Origin: Amoebophrya sp. A120 | Taxonomy: Eukaryota; Protista; Dinoflagellata | Assembly (NCBI GenBank): GCA_905178155.1 | Contig: CAJINV010000007.1 | Location: 2,585,730-2,649,150, forward strand | Length of the DNA stretch: 63,421 nucleotides | Direction: 5' to 3' | In this document: piece after piece, positions 1 to 11,466 of the stretch | Position numbering within the stretch: position 1 is the first letter of the stretch | How the letters are laid out: each line of letters opens with the position of its first letter | Position numbers and translations under genes: made by a program | Notes under the pieces: generated by a model | Told to the model about the DNA's origin: nothing | Databases searched by the model: none | The model's input: only the letters and a program-made list of their open reading frames with translations

Positions 1-1940
1 ACTTCGCATCCTGCAATCATCCTGCCCCATAATTTCCTGCCCCCAACTGCCCCCCTCCCCCAATACGCCCGCCCCCAGGTAGGGTCGCCAGATTACCTCT
101 GCTAAAAACCGCACTGCGGGAAAAAAAAGGCGCGGCAAAAAAAAGGAATAAATATAAGCTGAGTAATAAATTAAAATAAAAAAGGGCGGCGGGCCTCTCT
201 AGGACAGGGCTACCGGGACCGCCCGGCCGCGGGCGCGCCCGCCTTTACCACGGGCGGCCAGTTGCCGCCCGAACTGAAATCGCAGGTCTCCGCCCGCCCT
301 TGCATTCGAGCAGGAACGAAGGGCCCCGGACGTGCGCGCGGAGCATGCAAAGAACGCGCGACCGAGGTCGGTGATCTGGAAGGCCGGCGGAAAAAGTTGC
401 CGCCCGGCCCGCCGCTTCGAAAAGGGCGGCGCGCGCGCAATCGGATGCACAGACAAAGGGGGAAATAACATAAAGCAGAGATGGCGCGGCGGGCCATGCA
501 GAAAACAAAGGGCCGGGGCGGCGTGCCCTGGCGCCAGTCCTTCCGTGGCCTTTTGCTGCATCCACGCAAAGTAGCAAAAAGCTTAGCAAGCTGCGCGGAT
601 TCGTTTGCCTTTGTCCATTGTCCAATACCAGAAGGCCGGGGGCCCTTCCGTGGGGTGGGTGCGCGGCAAAGAGACGTGGGGTAGGGGGGCGCCCGCTTTC
701 CGGCGCGCCCGCCTTCTTTCCTAGGCCCTTGCGCGGCCAAATACCGAGGCGCGGTGGCCACGCGCTTTCCCCGCGGCCAAAATAAGGGTCGGGCCCCCGG
801 GTACTTCCGCTATGTGAGGTTGTCCGGGCGGGGGCGGCGCGCGTGCGCGCGGGACAGTAAGCTTAGCGCGGCGCCCGGCAAGGCGGGCGGGCCGGGCTCC
901 CTTTGTTGCCTGGGCTCACCTCATCGGCTGGCCAACATGGGTCGGCGGTCGAGCGATCCGAAAGAAACAGGCCAGCGCCAGACAAACTAACCACGGACCC
1001 GACCGGCGCCCGGGCCCGTCCGACCCTTGCTTGGAGCCGGAAGGGGGGCGCCACCGGAGCCCGTCGCGAAAAAAAGGGCCGGGCGACGCGCGGGCGCTAG
1101 CTTTCAATCGCGGCGGCATGAGGAAGATGGTTGGGGGCTCTCATATGCGCCACGCGCCTGGGGGCGGGGGGCTAGCGATCCAATTCGGGTCCCCCGCCGG
1201 CCCGCCTTCCCTCCTTCGGACCCGGCCGCCCGGTCGATATCTGGCCCACCGCTGGCCCCCACCCCCCCGACCTTGGTTCGTACGTTTGTCGCAAAAGGAG
1301 GCCCCCACAACTTCCACCCTCCCCCGCCCGCATGGCACCCAAAGCCCGGCCGGTCCGTCGGTCGCCCGCTAGGGAAGGCAGGGGGCCCCCGCTTCACGCC
1401 CTTCCGCCTGCTTGCAAGCTAGGGGGAACACAGGCGGCCCCCATCCCAAAGCTTTGCCGCAAAAGCAAGGCCGCGAACACAGGGGGCCCCCCCCGCCCCG
1501 CCCCTCTCCATGGCGAGGAAGGGGCCCCCAAGAAACCCCGTCCGTGGTGGCGCAGGGGGCCCCAGCTTCGCACCCTCTCAGCCGCGCCAAGGAACACAGG
1601 GGGCCCCCGCCCCCCAACTCCCTCCCGCCGGCCCTTCTCCTCCACCCGCCGGGGGGCCCCCCCCGTTCGGTCGCCCGCTTGGAAGGCAGGGAGCCCCCGC
1701 TTCGCACCCGCCCTGGCAGAGGGAGAGGGAGCAGGGGGCCACCACCCCCCGCTCTTGCGGGCGCAGGCCACGAACGCAGGGGGCCCCCGCCCCTCTTCGT
1801 GGTTAGGCAGAGGGCCCGCTCCACTCGCCCCTGCGGTAACACAGGGGTCCCCCGCTTCGCACCCTCCCGCCCGCTAGGCGGAGCGCAGGGGGGCCCGCCC
1901 CCCCAATCTTCCCCCGCCCCGCTCCCTAGCTAGGGGCTTT
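1..1940. repeat. GC-rich, homopolymer-rich repeat-derived block; contains a degenerate tandem array at ~1370-1930
   Basis: Composition switches abruptly at ~1940. Recurrent units resemble (GAACA)CAGGGGGCCCCCGC and GCTTCGCACCC (e.g. ~1378, 1476, 1552, 1591, 1687, 1772, 1838, 1885). The overlapping ORFs are only G/P/R/A-rich with no recognisable domain. Confidence 0.6.
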
Positions 1941-2832
1941 TGTGGTGGGGCGGTCTTGTTACACCAGGAAGAGTTAGCTACGTGATGCGAGTTCCTAGTG
2001 TTAAGTTCGTTACACGGAGGCCAAGGCTAGTACGATATATGTTAATGTTTTTACAACAAGTGCGAACGACCATACACTTGGATCAACAAGACTCGATCGA
2101 ACGCAGGAAGGACTTGAAAATGACGGCCGGAACGCAAGTCGACAAAAACTACTTTGATGGTGCGCCGATCTTGAAGTATTCTCCAAAGAAAAGATGACAT
2201 CGCGACGGTGACAGCGCGACACAAAAAATGGCACCGTAGGTCCGTCCTCGCCATCAATCACTTTCAATTTCTTGTTGTACTTCTTTCGCTATAATTTGAC
2301 TTTTCATCTTCGCTTATTTGAAGAATGAAAGACTATTACTGTCGCAGAATGGATTTTCCAACGTGCCATCAGGGTGAGCGAAGCCTAGTACTGCCGTCGG
2401 GGGTGGCGCTGTCAAAGAAGGAGCGTGGGCAATGACCGGAAGGACACCACGCGAAAACGTCGGCCTCCAACACAGCGCACCCTTCGAACCAGTGAGTCGT
2501 GTCCTCAGATCCTCAGAGTGTTTGTGACTTGAAAAAATATGGCAAGGATGATGTGATGTCGCGACTGCTGCTTAGAAGAGGGCACCACAACACGACCACT
2601 GTTTTCGATTTTGGGGGATACCCAAAGTCTTTTGTTTCCCAGTACTCCTCAAAAGAACCCTGTGGTCATTGCCAGCAGCGATCTTCCCTAATATGCGCAG
2701 TCGTTGCCGTGCGTGCTGTCGCAGTCGTTGTCGTGCTTGCTGCAGTCAGAGGACTTCCATCGCAAGGACGAGATTTCGCGAACCGCAGGAAGAGGAATTC
2801 CAGCGACCTCCACCCCGAGTCGTGTCCTCCAC

Positions 2833-5536
2833 CTACGCGTAGTAGTTCAGCGTGGATTTCTTCTTCGCCATCACGGTGTTGATTCCCTGCACGTAATCCT
2901 CGTGCATCATCTCTGTAGCGCCTCTTCGCAGAGCCTCCATACCCCCCTCGACGCACACGGCCTTGCATTGCGCACCTAGTGTTTCGAAATTGAATTCGTC
3001 GTGTCTTCGTGCGTTGGTAAAAATGTTGTGCCTTTCTATAAGTTTCCAGTTCTTCAGTTTTCATCTTCACGTAAAACTAAAATTCATTTGCGTTTGCCAT
3101 GCAAGCTGGTGGTGGAAATAAACGTCCGAATTTCGCATTTGAATTCTTGCTTTGAAGAATTCTTGCACTCATCAGTACCGTTAAAATCTTCGGTCATTCG
3201 TGCAAGCTCTTGGAAGTTGACGTCGTCCTTGTTGTAGTTCATTCGCCGGCTGTGGATCTGCATAATCCTGGCTCGACCGTCCTCTGTTGGGTGCGGGAGC
3301 TCGATTTTTCGGTCCAACCGACCCGACCGCAGTAACGCGGGATCCAAAACATCAGGTCTGTTGGTCGCTGCTATGATTTTCACCTGAAGTTTGTTAGCAG
3401 TGGTCAGGTCGTTGCGTCGAGAAAGTTTGATATGTATTCCACCTACTGCGACGCGACGAGCAAGATCATCATCATGTTGATGGACATTCATGCGAAACCT
3501 CTCTACGAGGACCTTATGTAACTGGTATTGTCCTTGTAGTTCGAGATGAAGTTGAAGACGCACCACTAACTCGTGCGTGGTCCTCGTCGTGCAAGAACAA
3601 GAGAAAAGATGAAAATGAATGAATATAAGAAACAAACTCAGTATACGTCAGCGTTCCCTGAGAAGCCGTCAAGCTGGTTGAGAAGTTCCAACATTGTTCT
3701 CTGCACTTCTCGCACACCGGAAAGCTCACCACCGCCAGAACGCTTCATACCTGTTGAGAACGGGTAGAAGTAGTGGTGGAGATGGATTGATGAGCAGTGG
3801 CGCAGCCACTGCACAGCAACACACAATCTTCAGCATAAAGATACGATACTTAAAAATGTCATGCCGAAAACTAGTTCTAGTACTACAACACAAGCGAAGA
3901 ATACCTATTGCATCCAACTCATCGATGAAAATGATTGTTGGTGCTTTTTCCCGCGCCAGCTCGAAAGCGTCGCGGATGATCTTTGCGCCGTCACCGATGA
4001 ACATCTGGACGAGTTGCGGACCGGCGAGCTTGAGAAAGGTCGCGTTGGTATTTGCCGCGCAGGCCTGTTATTTTGGGATAGATTTGTCTTCTAGCTGAGA
4101 ATGTCAACATAATGAAAATTTCGGTGTGCTTGCATTTGCAGCAAAAAAAAAAAAAAATGATCGATAAAAAGCTCAGCACGACCAAATGCTGTAGATGATG
4201 GCTGTTTTTATGGTTATGGTCTGTTGTAGTAGTTGTACCCTCGCCATCATGGTCTTCCCCGTTCCCGGGGGGCCGTGCATGAGCACTCCCTTTGGTGGCG
4301 TGATGCCGATGGCTTCGAATTTGTCCTTGTGCTTCATGGGGAGGACAATAGCTTCTATCAGTTCCTCGATCTGTTTCTCTAGTCCACCAATGTCGCTGTA
4401 GTTGTCTGTTGGCTTTTCGTCGACCTGGAGATTTGAATTTCAACATTTTTTGATAATTTTACGTGCCTCAAGAAGCAGGAATGATGGATATGAAACGTAA
4501 GATGAACCTACAGTTGTCATCTTGTTCTGCATCAACGAGTCCAAGAGGCAACTGCCAATGCAAACGAGCGCCCTGTACTAGCAGGTGGCACATGATTCAA
4601 TACCTCCATCGCCGTGACTCGTGAGTCGTATTCTGGTGGAAGTTTGTCGAGTACCAGAAAACTGTCTTTGTTTACCCCGACTAAATCCTGGGGCTTCAGG
4701 TTTTCTGCCTCGACCAAGCCTATGACTGGGAGAAAGATGGTTTGCCTTGTTGTCGTTTTCACCACGAGTGACTTGCCGTCTTTTGCGCTGTCGGTCTGAT
4801 GTTTTCATTAGATCATGAAAGTCAAAGCTTTTGCTCATCTGCCTCGACTACAACAGGCCTAGGTGAATATTTGCCATGATGCACAACTTGGCTCAAGTGA
4901 GAAAGTTCTGTCAATGCAAAGTTACTGCACTGTAGTACCTCCTGCGCTGCGCCCTGATCCTCCTCCTCTTCTACTGCCTCTGGGTCCAGGATTTCAGCAA
5001 CATTTGCGACGAGATGGGGGAGTTGCCGGTTGAGTTTTATCTTCTCCTTGTTGTCTTTTGTCTTCTCGGTGATGGTGGCCAGCTGTTGTAGGTGCGAAGT
5101 AGGTACTACTCAAAATTCATAATTGAAACAAGAACAGACTTGTCATACGAGGGAAAAATTTCTAACCATCATGCTAGTAACCAACGACTACGACACACAC
5201 ACGCTGCTTCAACTTCATCATCTGCAATAAACATAGAAAGAGGTTAAGGTCCTTCATTGTTGAAGAGGACGAGCTGAAGCCAGTTTATCTTCAACCTACC
5301 TCATGGTTCAATCTGGAGCACTCGGACCGCATCACCCGAATGTCGTTGTCTAACAGTCGTATCCTCTGCTTGATTTCGTCCGGTGAGCACTTTTTCAAAT
5401 CGTCATCGACGATATCACTGCTCCCCGCGCCCCAAATATCCGCGGACTCGAGATCATTAGCCGGCGCGGCCTGCGGCATCGGTGCGTCCGCCGCCGCACC
5501 CGTCGTGGGTGGGTTGGCGGGCGGATCGGAGGACAT
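2833..5536 (-). CDS. RPT5: 26S proteasome AAA-ATPase regulatory subunit 6A (Rpt5), 8 exons
   Basis: Seven GT-AG introns give a continuous frame: 5083-5299, 4796-4938, 4425-4603, 4065-4238, 3751-3904, 3384-3646, 2976-3178. Motifs: [29 protein letters not shown], Walker A GPPGTGKT, Walker [36 protein letters not shown], and the C-terminal LNYYA* (HbYX tail typical of Rpt5/PSMC3). Confidence 0.96.
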
Positions 5537-6397
5537 CGTGCTTTTTGATGATGTTGTGTCCTCGCCTGATTCGTATCACTACGCGAAAGGTAGACAACAA
5601 GAGAAATAGAAATGGTTCAGAATGTTGAGAGTGAAAGCCTACATCCGGAAAACGAAATGTAGTCGTAGTGGTTCGAGAAGAAAGGTTATATTTCTAAAAG
5701 GTCGCTATAAAAATATGACACAATAGACGTCGTGTTGATGTCGCTGGAAGTGAAACTAGGTGCCGCTGATGGTAGACATCAAATATAATCGGCCTTCACC
5801 TTCTTAGTACAGAGAGGTGTCAACATGCAACTAATGTCGTGTAGTCTTCTTATGCAGGAGCTTGCGCTTGGGTTCCGATGATTCGGAATCAGATGTATGG
5901 ATCTTTTTTGTCCTCGTGATATCGTCATCTGTTTTTATGTGGAGATCTTCGTCCTGCTTGCGACAGCGCGTCCTTGTAGCGCGCCCGCGTTGAGAGCTTT
6001 GTTTCGTTGAGAGGCAACACAGCCTGCGACTGCGGTGCCGATGGAGGCGCTCAAAGAGGAGCCTACAACGGATTTACTCAAGTAAGTCTAGACTATGGTG
6101 CACTGCCTCGTTCAAGGAACACACTTAAAACGAGCTTTCTCGTAAAGGCAAAGGCTTCGCTTTAGAGAAGACGCACTGAAGATGAGTTCTGTTTTTGCTA
6201 TTTGGTTTTCATTTCAGCACAACGTTCTTGGAAAAGATAAGTCGCTTCTAGCACGCCGGCAGCGTCGCGTTCATGATTCTTATGATGTGTACTTACGTTC
6301 AGGATTTTTACCTTCATATACTACCTGTGGCTTGAAATCATGTTGATGAAGAGTGAACGAGCTTTATGTCCTTTGTCGCACAGAGGTAAGAGTCAAC

Positions 6398-9300
6398 CTA
6401 TCCGAACAGCCGGATTTTCTGAGGTTTCTTTTTCTTGCCACTCTTGATATTCCCAGCACCTGGAGGACCCGCTCCTGCACTTGTCGCGCCAGCTGCCCCC
6501 GTCGCCGAGTGCTCCTCACTTTCACTCGGTGCGGCTGTAGCCGCGAGGTGTGGGGAGGTTCCCGTGCAACTAGCGGGCATCGTCGGGGACGACGGACCTC
6601 CAAAGCCGTCAGAAGTTGCACCACTGCTACTGGACTTCATTTCCGGGGAAAAGGGCGCGGACAAAGACGCGGCATTGCTCGCAGGTGAGGAAGCTGCGCC
6701 AGCGCCAAATAACCCGCTAGTATTTATTGCCGCGCCAGGAGGAGCTCCTGCTGGCGGGCTCGAAACGGATGAAGGGTTTGTTCCTGTGCTAGAGGTTGAA
6801 GGTGCGGCTGGTTGCGGTTCCTTGTTTCCTCCAAAAACGGCTGATCGCGTCACTTTTGTGTTACTTTTATTTCCCGTTTTATTCCCGCCTAGGCTTACCA
6901 TCCCCTTGTTCCCTCCCAGCGACTCGGCTAGACTCGGGAAGTACTTCTGATTCGCCTCTTCTTCTTTCTTTTTCTTGTTCTCCGCTATCTTCTTTTCCCG
7001 AATCTTCTGCGCCATCGTTGTCGCCCCCTCTGTGTTCAAATCTTTCTCCCACTTCAAACGACCTTTGTCTACTCCGGCGCTGGAACTATTTGCGAACAGC
7101 ATCTTTTCCAAAACTGATTTCTGATGAGCACCTGTACTATCGGCAATATCCTCTTCGTCCGAACTGCCCCAAGCGTCTCTCACTTTCATCGCTTTCTCCT
7201 TGGCCTTCCTCATTCTCTCCTCCTCCTCCCGTTGCCGTTTTATTTCCCGTTGCTGCGCCTCGATTTTCGCCTTCTCTTCCATTTCCAGCTCGTGCGCGGA
7301 GATGATTTTTGCCAACTCCTCGTCGTCGATCTTCCTTTTCGTCCTGGCCTCAAACTCCGCGACCTTTTTACTCACCTCCAACGACAGATCGAAGTCGCTT
7401 GCGGTCGGCACGGCATTCGAAAAGTTCGCGTGCGGGGAAACCATCCAGGACCGCTTCTTCAGCTCTTCCATCAGCTTCTCGTCCGCGTTTTTCGCCTTTT
7501 CCCGCACCCACTTCTCGTCCGCCTTCTGCCGCTTCTTGTTTCGCTGCTTCTCGTGTTGCCGTCTCGCCAGTTCGCCGCTGAAGTGCTGGTAGGTGGCTTC
7601 CGAGACGAAGGGCTGCACGTCAAACTCAGTCAAGGAGAGCTCGAGCTTCAACGGTAGTCGTTTGAAAAGCGACACCGTCACCCTCGTATCGGCCGTCACG
7701 CAGTCGGAGTGTTGCTCAAAAAGCCGGTGGTTCACGCTATGCTGGCTATTCTCGAAGTCGATGTCGTGGGAGATCTTGGAAACGTCCAGAACATACGGAA
7801 GTTTTTTGTCGTGCCGTAGGATGTTCAGGAAAAACGGCGCGACGAACACCGGCTGCGAATCCCACGCCTGATAAAAGTAGTAGGCATCGTCGTTGTTGAC
7901 ATGATTCGGTTTTTGTTTTGCTAGTAGTTGTGCTCCTCCACCTGCTGTCCCCGGTGCTCCAGGAGCAGTACTAGATTTTTTCTCTTGCTTGTTCTGTTGA
8001 AAAAGCTCATTCACGCGAGCAGCTGGTCTTGTCCCTCCTGGCGAGGCGGGGGAAACAGCACTGGCACTGGAACTGCTGGAGGGGATGTTGCTACGCTCGG
8101 TAAACCACTGGTCGTCGTCGTTATCCTCGAGATTTTTGGCATTTGGATTCGGATCCACTACGTCTTCGTGGTGCGTTTTACAACTAAGTTCCATTTTGCT
8201 CGGAAGTGCGAGGGCGAGCGGATCAGATCGATCTGAGAGGACAACGGGTATTTGCCTTGCGGGTGATTTTGCGTTTTTAGTTCTACTCGCTGCTGGTTCC
8301 TCGTGTTCCTCTTCTTCTACAGATTCTTCGACCAAAACATCGTCCGCTGTGACTATTACCGCCTGCTCTTCCACTGATAATTGGTCGTCGTCTTTATCCT
8401 TGCAACTTGTTTCATTTTTACGTTGCGTAAACTGCATGATATCCGCGTCCATGTCAATTCTCACCTCGTGCAGCTTCCGATCGTAAACTATGTCCTCATA
8501 CAATTGCTGTAGATTCCTCTTCCCGGGTCTCCGGGGAAGGGTATTGGCGTTCAGAAATTCCTCCACTGTCGTGATGCCAAACTTCTGAAAGTGCAGCAAT
8601 TCCTGGTTGATCAAGAAGTCTAAAAACGGCAGCATTTCCGTATCGGCGAAGGTGTCGTTGTTGTCCGGTCGAAGTTTTCGACAGTTGTCGGACAACTTCA
8701 GCAACCCAAGCAGATCGTTTTTCCGCTCTTGCTCCAGGTTCTGCTCCGGTGTGACAATCAGCCGCGAGAAATACCATCCCGGGTCTACTTGCTCCCTTGG
8801 GAGGCCGGTGGGCAGCTGCCGAAGCTTCTCGTGGTTGAAATTCTCCGCGATAGAATGACGGCTGTTTATTTCCTCGACGCAAGGTGTAGTAGTAGTGACT
8901 CCTGCTGTGTTCTTGCAATCATAAATCATTGCCCTATACTCTTCCACCTCCTTTATGGGCGCGAAAGAGGTAATCCCCGGCCGCTCCTTGTCTTTGCAGA
9001 CACGAACGAACTTTTTCATCTTGTTCGCCTGCATGTTGCAGTACTGAAACCGCACCGGCCGCAAATCCCCCAAGTAGCACATCTCTTTACACACGGGGCA
9101 CTTCCGGCCAAGTTCGGTTTTCCTTGTAGCCGGGTTGGCAACGCCGTGCTGATTGTACAGTCTGTGAAGGTCATTCGTCAAAAGATTTGTCGTGCTGGAA
9201 CTAGAGGTGGATCCTGCATAGTTGCTGTTTCGCGCGTTATTCAGCTGATGACCACCTCGTCCCGGCTCATGATTCAGATTTGTACTATGGTACATTCCAC

Positions 9301-9778
9301 TCATCGCAGCACTCGCGAGGTTTGCCTGCAAATTCCCGGTTTTCTCGTCGCGGAGCAAATACCTGGTTGCGCACGGGTAGCAGAAGCAGTGGCCGCATCT
9401 GGTAATCCGGGGGACCTGAAAGGAGGACTCCAAGCAGATGCTGCAAACCAGGGGCTTACTCGCGTCGACTAAAACGTCCACTCTGCGCACGTGCTGCCAA
9501 TCGATCAAAAAGTCAACGTCCAGTAAACAGGTAGCCACATCCTCGTAGCTACAGGTCTCCTCCGAGACCGCGCACCGAAACCGGCTCTGCACGAACCGCC
9601 CGCGCTCCGTGGCGGCGCTGGTGGAGGAGGATGACGTTCCTGTCGCGCCGGTGTTGTAACCACTAGCATTGTAGTGATTTTTGTTGCCACTCGCACTGTA
9701 GCGGTTGTTTTGACCGTAATAACCAGTCTGGTTTGACGCGATATTTTTCGCGGTGACGCCCTGTTTGTGCTTCGGCAT
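6398..9778 (-). CDS. RNF10/Mag2-like C3HC4 RING E3 ubiquitin ligase (single exon)
   Basis: Long ORF; first ATG is at 9778 (MPKHKQ). RING CSIC...RITRCGHCFCYPC...CPVC, YYFYQAWDSQPVF (similar to the RNF10 YYFYQAxDGQ motif), a charged coiled coil, an FPSL motif and a KKKK..LF C-terminus as in the RNF10 family. Confidence 0.8.
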   Translation of the reverse strand: MPKHKQGVTAKNIASNQTGYYGQNNRYSASGNKNHYNASGYNTGATGTSSSSTSAATERGRFVQSRFRCAVSEETCSYEDVATCLLDVDFLIDWQHVRRVDVLVDASKPLVCSICLESSFQVPRITRCGHCFCYPCATRYLLRDEKTGNLQANLASAAMSGMYHSTNLNHEPGRGGHQLNNARNSNYAGSTSSSSTTNLLTNDLHRLYNQHGVANPATRKTELGRKCPVCKEMCYLGDLRPVRFQYCNMQANKMKKFVRVCKDKERPGITSFAPIKEVEEYRAMIYDCKNTAGVTTTTPCVEEINSRHSIAENFNHEKLRQLPTGLPREQVDPGWYFSRLIVTPEQNLEQERKNDLLGLLKLSDNCRKLRPDNNDTFADTEMLPFLDFLINQELLHFQKFGITTVEEFLNANTLPRRPGKRNLQQLYEDIVYDRKLHEVRIDMDADIMQFTQRKNETSCKDKDDDQLSVEEQAVIVTADDVLVEESVEEEEHEEPAASRTKNAKSPARQIPVVLSDRSDPLALALPSKMELSCKTHHEDVVDPNPNAKNLEDNDDDQWFTERSNIPSSSSSASAVSPASPGGTRPAARVNELFQQNKQEKKSSTAPGAPGTAGGGAQLLAKQKPNHVNNDDAYYFYQAWDSQPVFVAPFFLNILRHDKKLPYVLDVSKISHDIDFENSQHSVNHRLFEQHSDCVTADTRVTVSLFKRLPLKLELSLTEFDVQPFVSEATYQHFSGELARRQHEKQRNKKRQKADEKWVREKAKNADEKLMEELKKRSWMVSPHANFSNAVPTASDFDLSLEVSKKVAEFEARTKRKIDDEELAKIISAHELEMEEKAKIEAQQREIKRQREEEERMRKAKEKAMKVRDAWGSSDEEDIADSTGAHQKSVLEKMLFANSSSAGVDKGRLKWEKDLNTEGATTMAQKIREKKIAENKKKKEEEANQKYFPSLAESLGGNKGMVSLGGNKTGNKSNTKVTRSAVFGGNKEPQPAAPSTSSTGTNPSSVSSPPAGAPPGAAINTSGLFGAGAASSPASNAASLSAPFSPEMKSSSSGATSDGFGGPSSPTMPASCTGTSPHLAATAAPSESEEHSATGAAGATSAGAGPPGAGNIKSGKKKKPQKIRLFG

Positions 9779-11466
9779 GGTGCGCGGGGGCGGGCCGCTT
9801 GTTCTATCTACTGTCGCTACAAAACTTGTCGTGGGTGCGTCATATGGGTTGGGGTATTGTGGTTGTAAAGACTGGCGATACTCCTGCGTTTCGATCAAAT
9901 GAAATAACGTAAGCGTAGGGCGATTTTCGAACAACTCTAGAAGAACATGGACACAAAAACATGATCAGCTACTTTTACTTATCTATGCGCCGCGAAATGA
10001 ATATTTTGGGAGGTGAGTATCACGCTAGAGCGAATGGGGGTGGGCGTGGGGCGAAAACGAATGACCTAGTAGTTGACGTTTCGTAGCCAGGGTGCTCAAG
10101 AGCCTAGCAGCGGTGGCTGCGGAATCAGCACAATAGGGGCCCTGAAAACAATTCGCAATCAAAGATCGATTGGCTACGCGGGGAAGCTTCAGCATCAGCT
10201 TGGAAAATAACTTGAATTCAATCATCTCTCCATTAAATTAAAATTTGACCCGATGAAAAAAAGCGAGCCGCTAGCACGGGGGCTTATCTAGTACCAGCAT
10301 CAACATCATGAAGCGCAGTTTCAATACAGGAGCGATCTCGACAACATTCACATTGATAGATGATTCCTCTCGATTGTTCTTTGTTCTTTCTTGCTTGATA
10401 TTCAAAAATAGGCCCATACACCTAAAGGAAGTTAAGAGTTAATGGCAGATTGACGGTAAAATCAATCTATCGTGCATCACAGACAGCTTCAAAAACGAGG
10501 ATAGGCCGATCCTCGGGCAGGAGCGCCAAGAACTTTACTGACTCACGACACATGGAGAGTTGTATTATCTTCCAAAACGATCCTCACTTTAATACGCAGT
10601 ATAGAAGGAGACTTTGACTTTTAAACTTTACCTTTAGCTTTTTCTTTTATTGAATCAAGGGACCAGAACCACCTCGTCGACTTGGAGCTGGATTTTGATC
10701 TCCACCCACAGGAAGACAGTTTGCTGCCCGCCAGAGTTGTGAGACGATCCATCTTCAATCTTCGTTTCGGTCCGCTGCCAAGATCAGGAAACAAACTTCC
10801 TGGCGCGTGGCAACAAAAAACTTGTAGTTTTATCGAGATCCAGATTGATCGGCTGCGACAGGAACACTCAGGATTCTTTTCGTTCGAGGAGGATTTTGGA
10901 CCACCGGCTGTTCGCGTAGTGCAACATGAACACGCGGCCACAGCTGCGAGTTTTGTGATGCTTCAACGTCGTGAACGAGAGAACACACGTTCTCGGCTTC
11001 ATTTTGGTTTTCATCATTGCTTGTTTTTCATTTTCGGCCGGGGGGAAGACCGTGTTTACATTGTCATGTCTCCCAGTGGGAGCGATGTTGCTGTAGGGAG
11101 GTGGGTCAGAAAAAATAAAGCGCGATAAGGGTCTACGAAGTCGCGATAACATAAGGGTAGTTTTAAAACTATGTATGACCGCCATGAAGATGTGTAAAGT
11201 AGTTTCGTCTTCAACCAAAAAGTGTATACACACGACACAAATAAGTCGTGCTGGCGCGGCTGGATGGAACAGGTACAGAGAACCTTAAGCACCGCAATTG
11301 GCATGATCGCCGTCCTAATGTTGAGGAGTGTGGAAGTGGAATCATGTACTGTAAGCCTACAGTTCCCGACGCCAGAAGTGAGACCATGCCCAGGAGCACC
11401 TTCTTCTCCGTCCCATTACAGCCTCCTGTGTGTCAAGAACGACCCCACGACGGGGACGTCGACTTG

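Noticed and set aside
80-93. TAGGGTCGCCAGAT resembling a hAT-type TIR
   Set aside because: No convincing partner inverted copy or TSD in the window.
199-1933. Many overlapping ORFs in the GC-rich left block
   Set aside because: Explained by stop-codon scarcity at high GC. The products are G/P/R/A-rich with no motifs.
4888-4897. TTGGCTCAAG matching the 3' end of the dinoflagellate spliced leader
   Set aside because: Only 10 bp, antisense to the gene and inside an intron; a chance match is likely.
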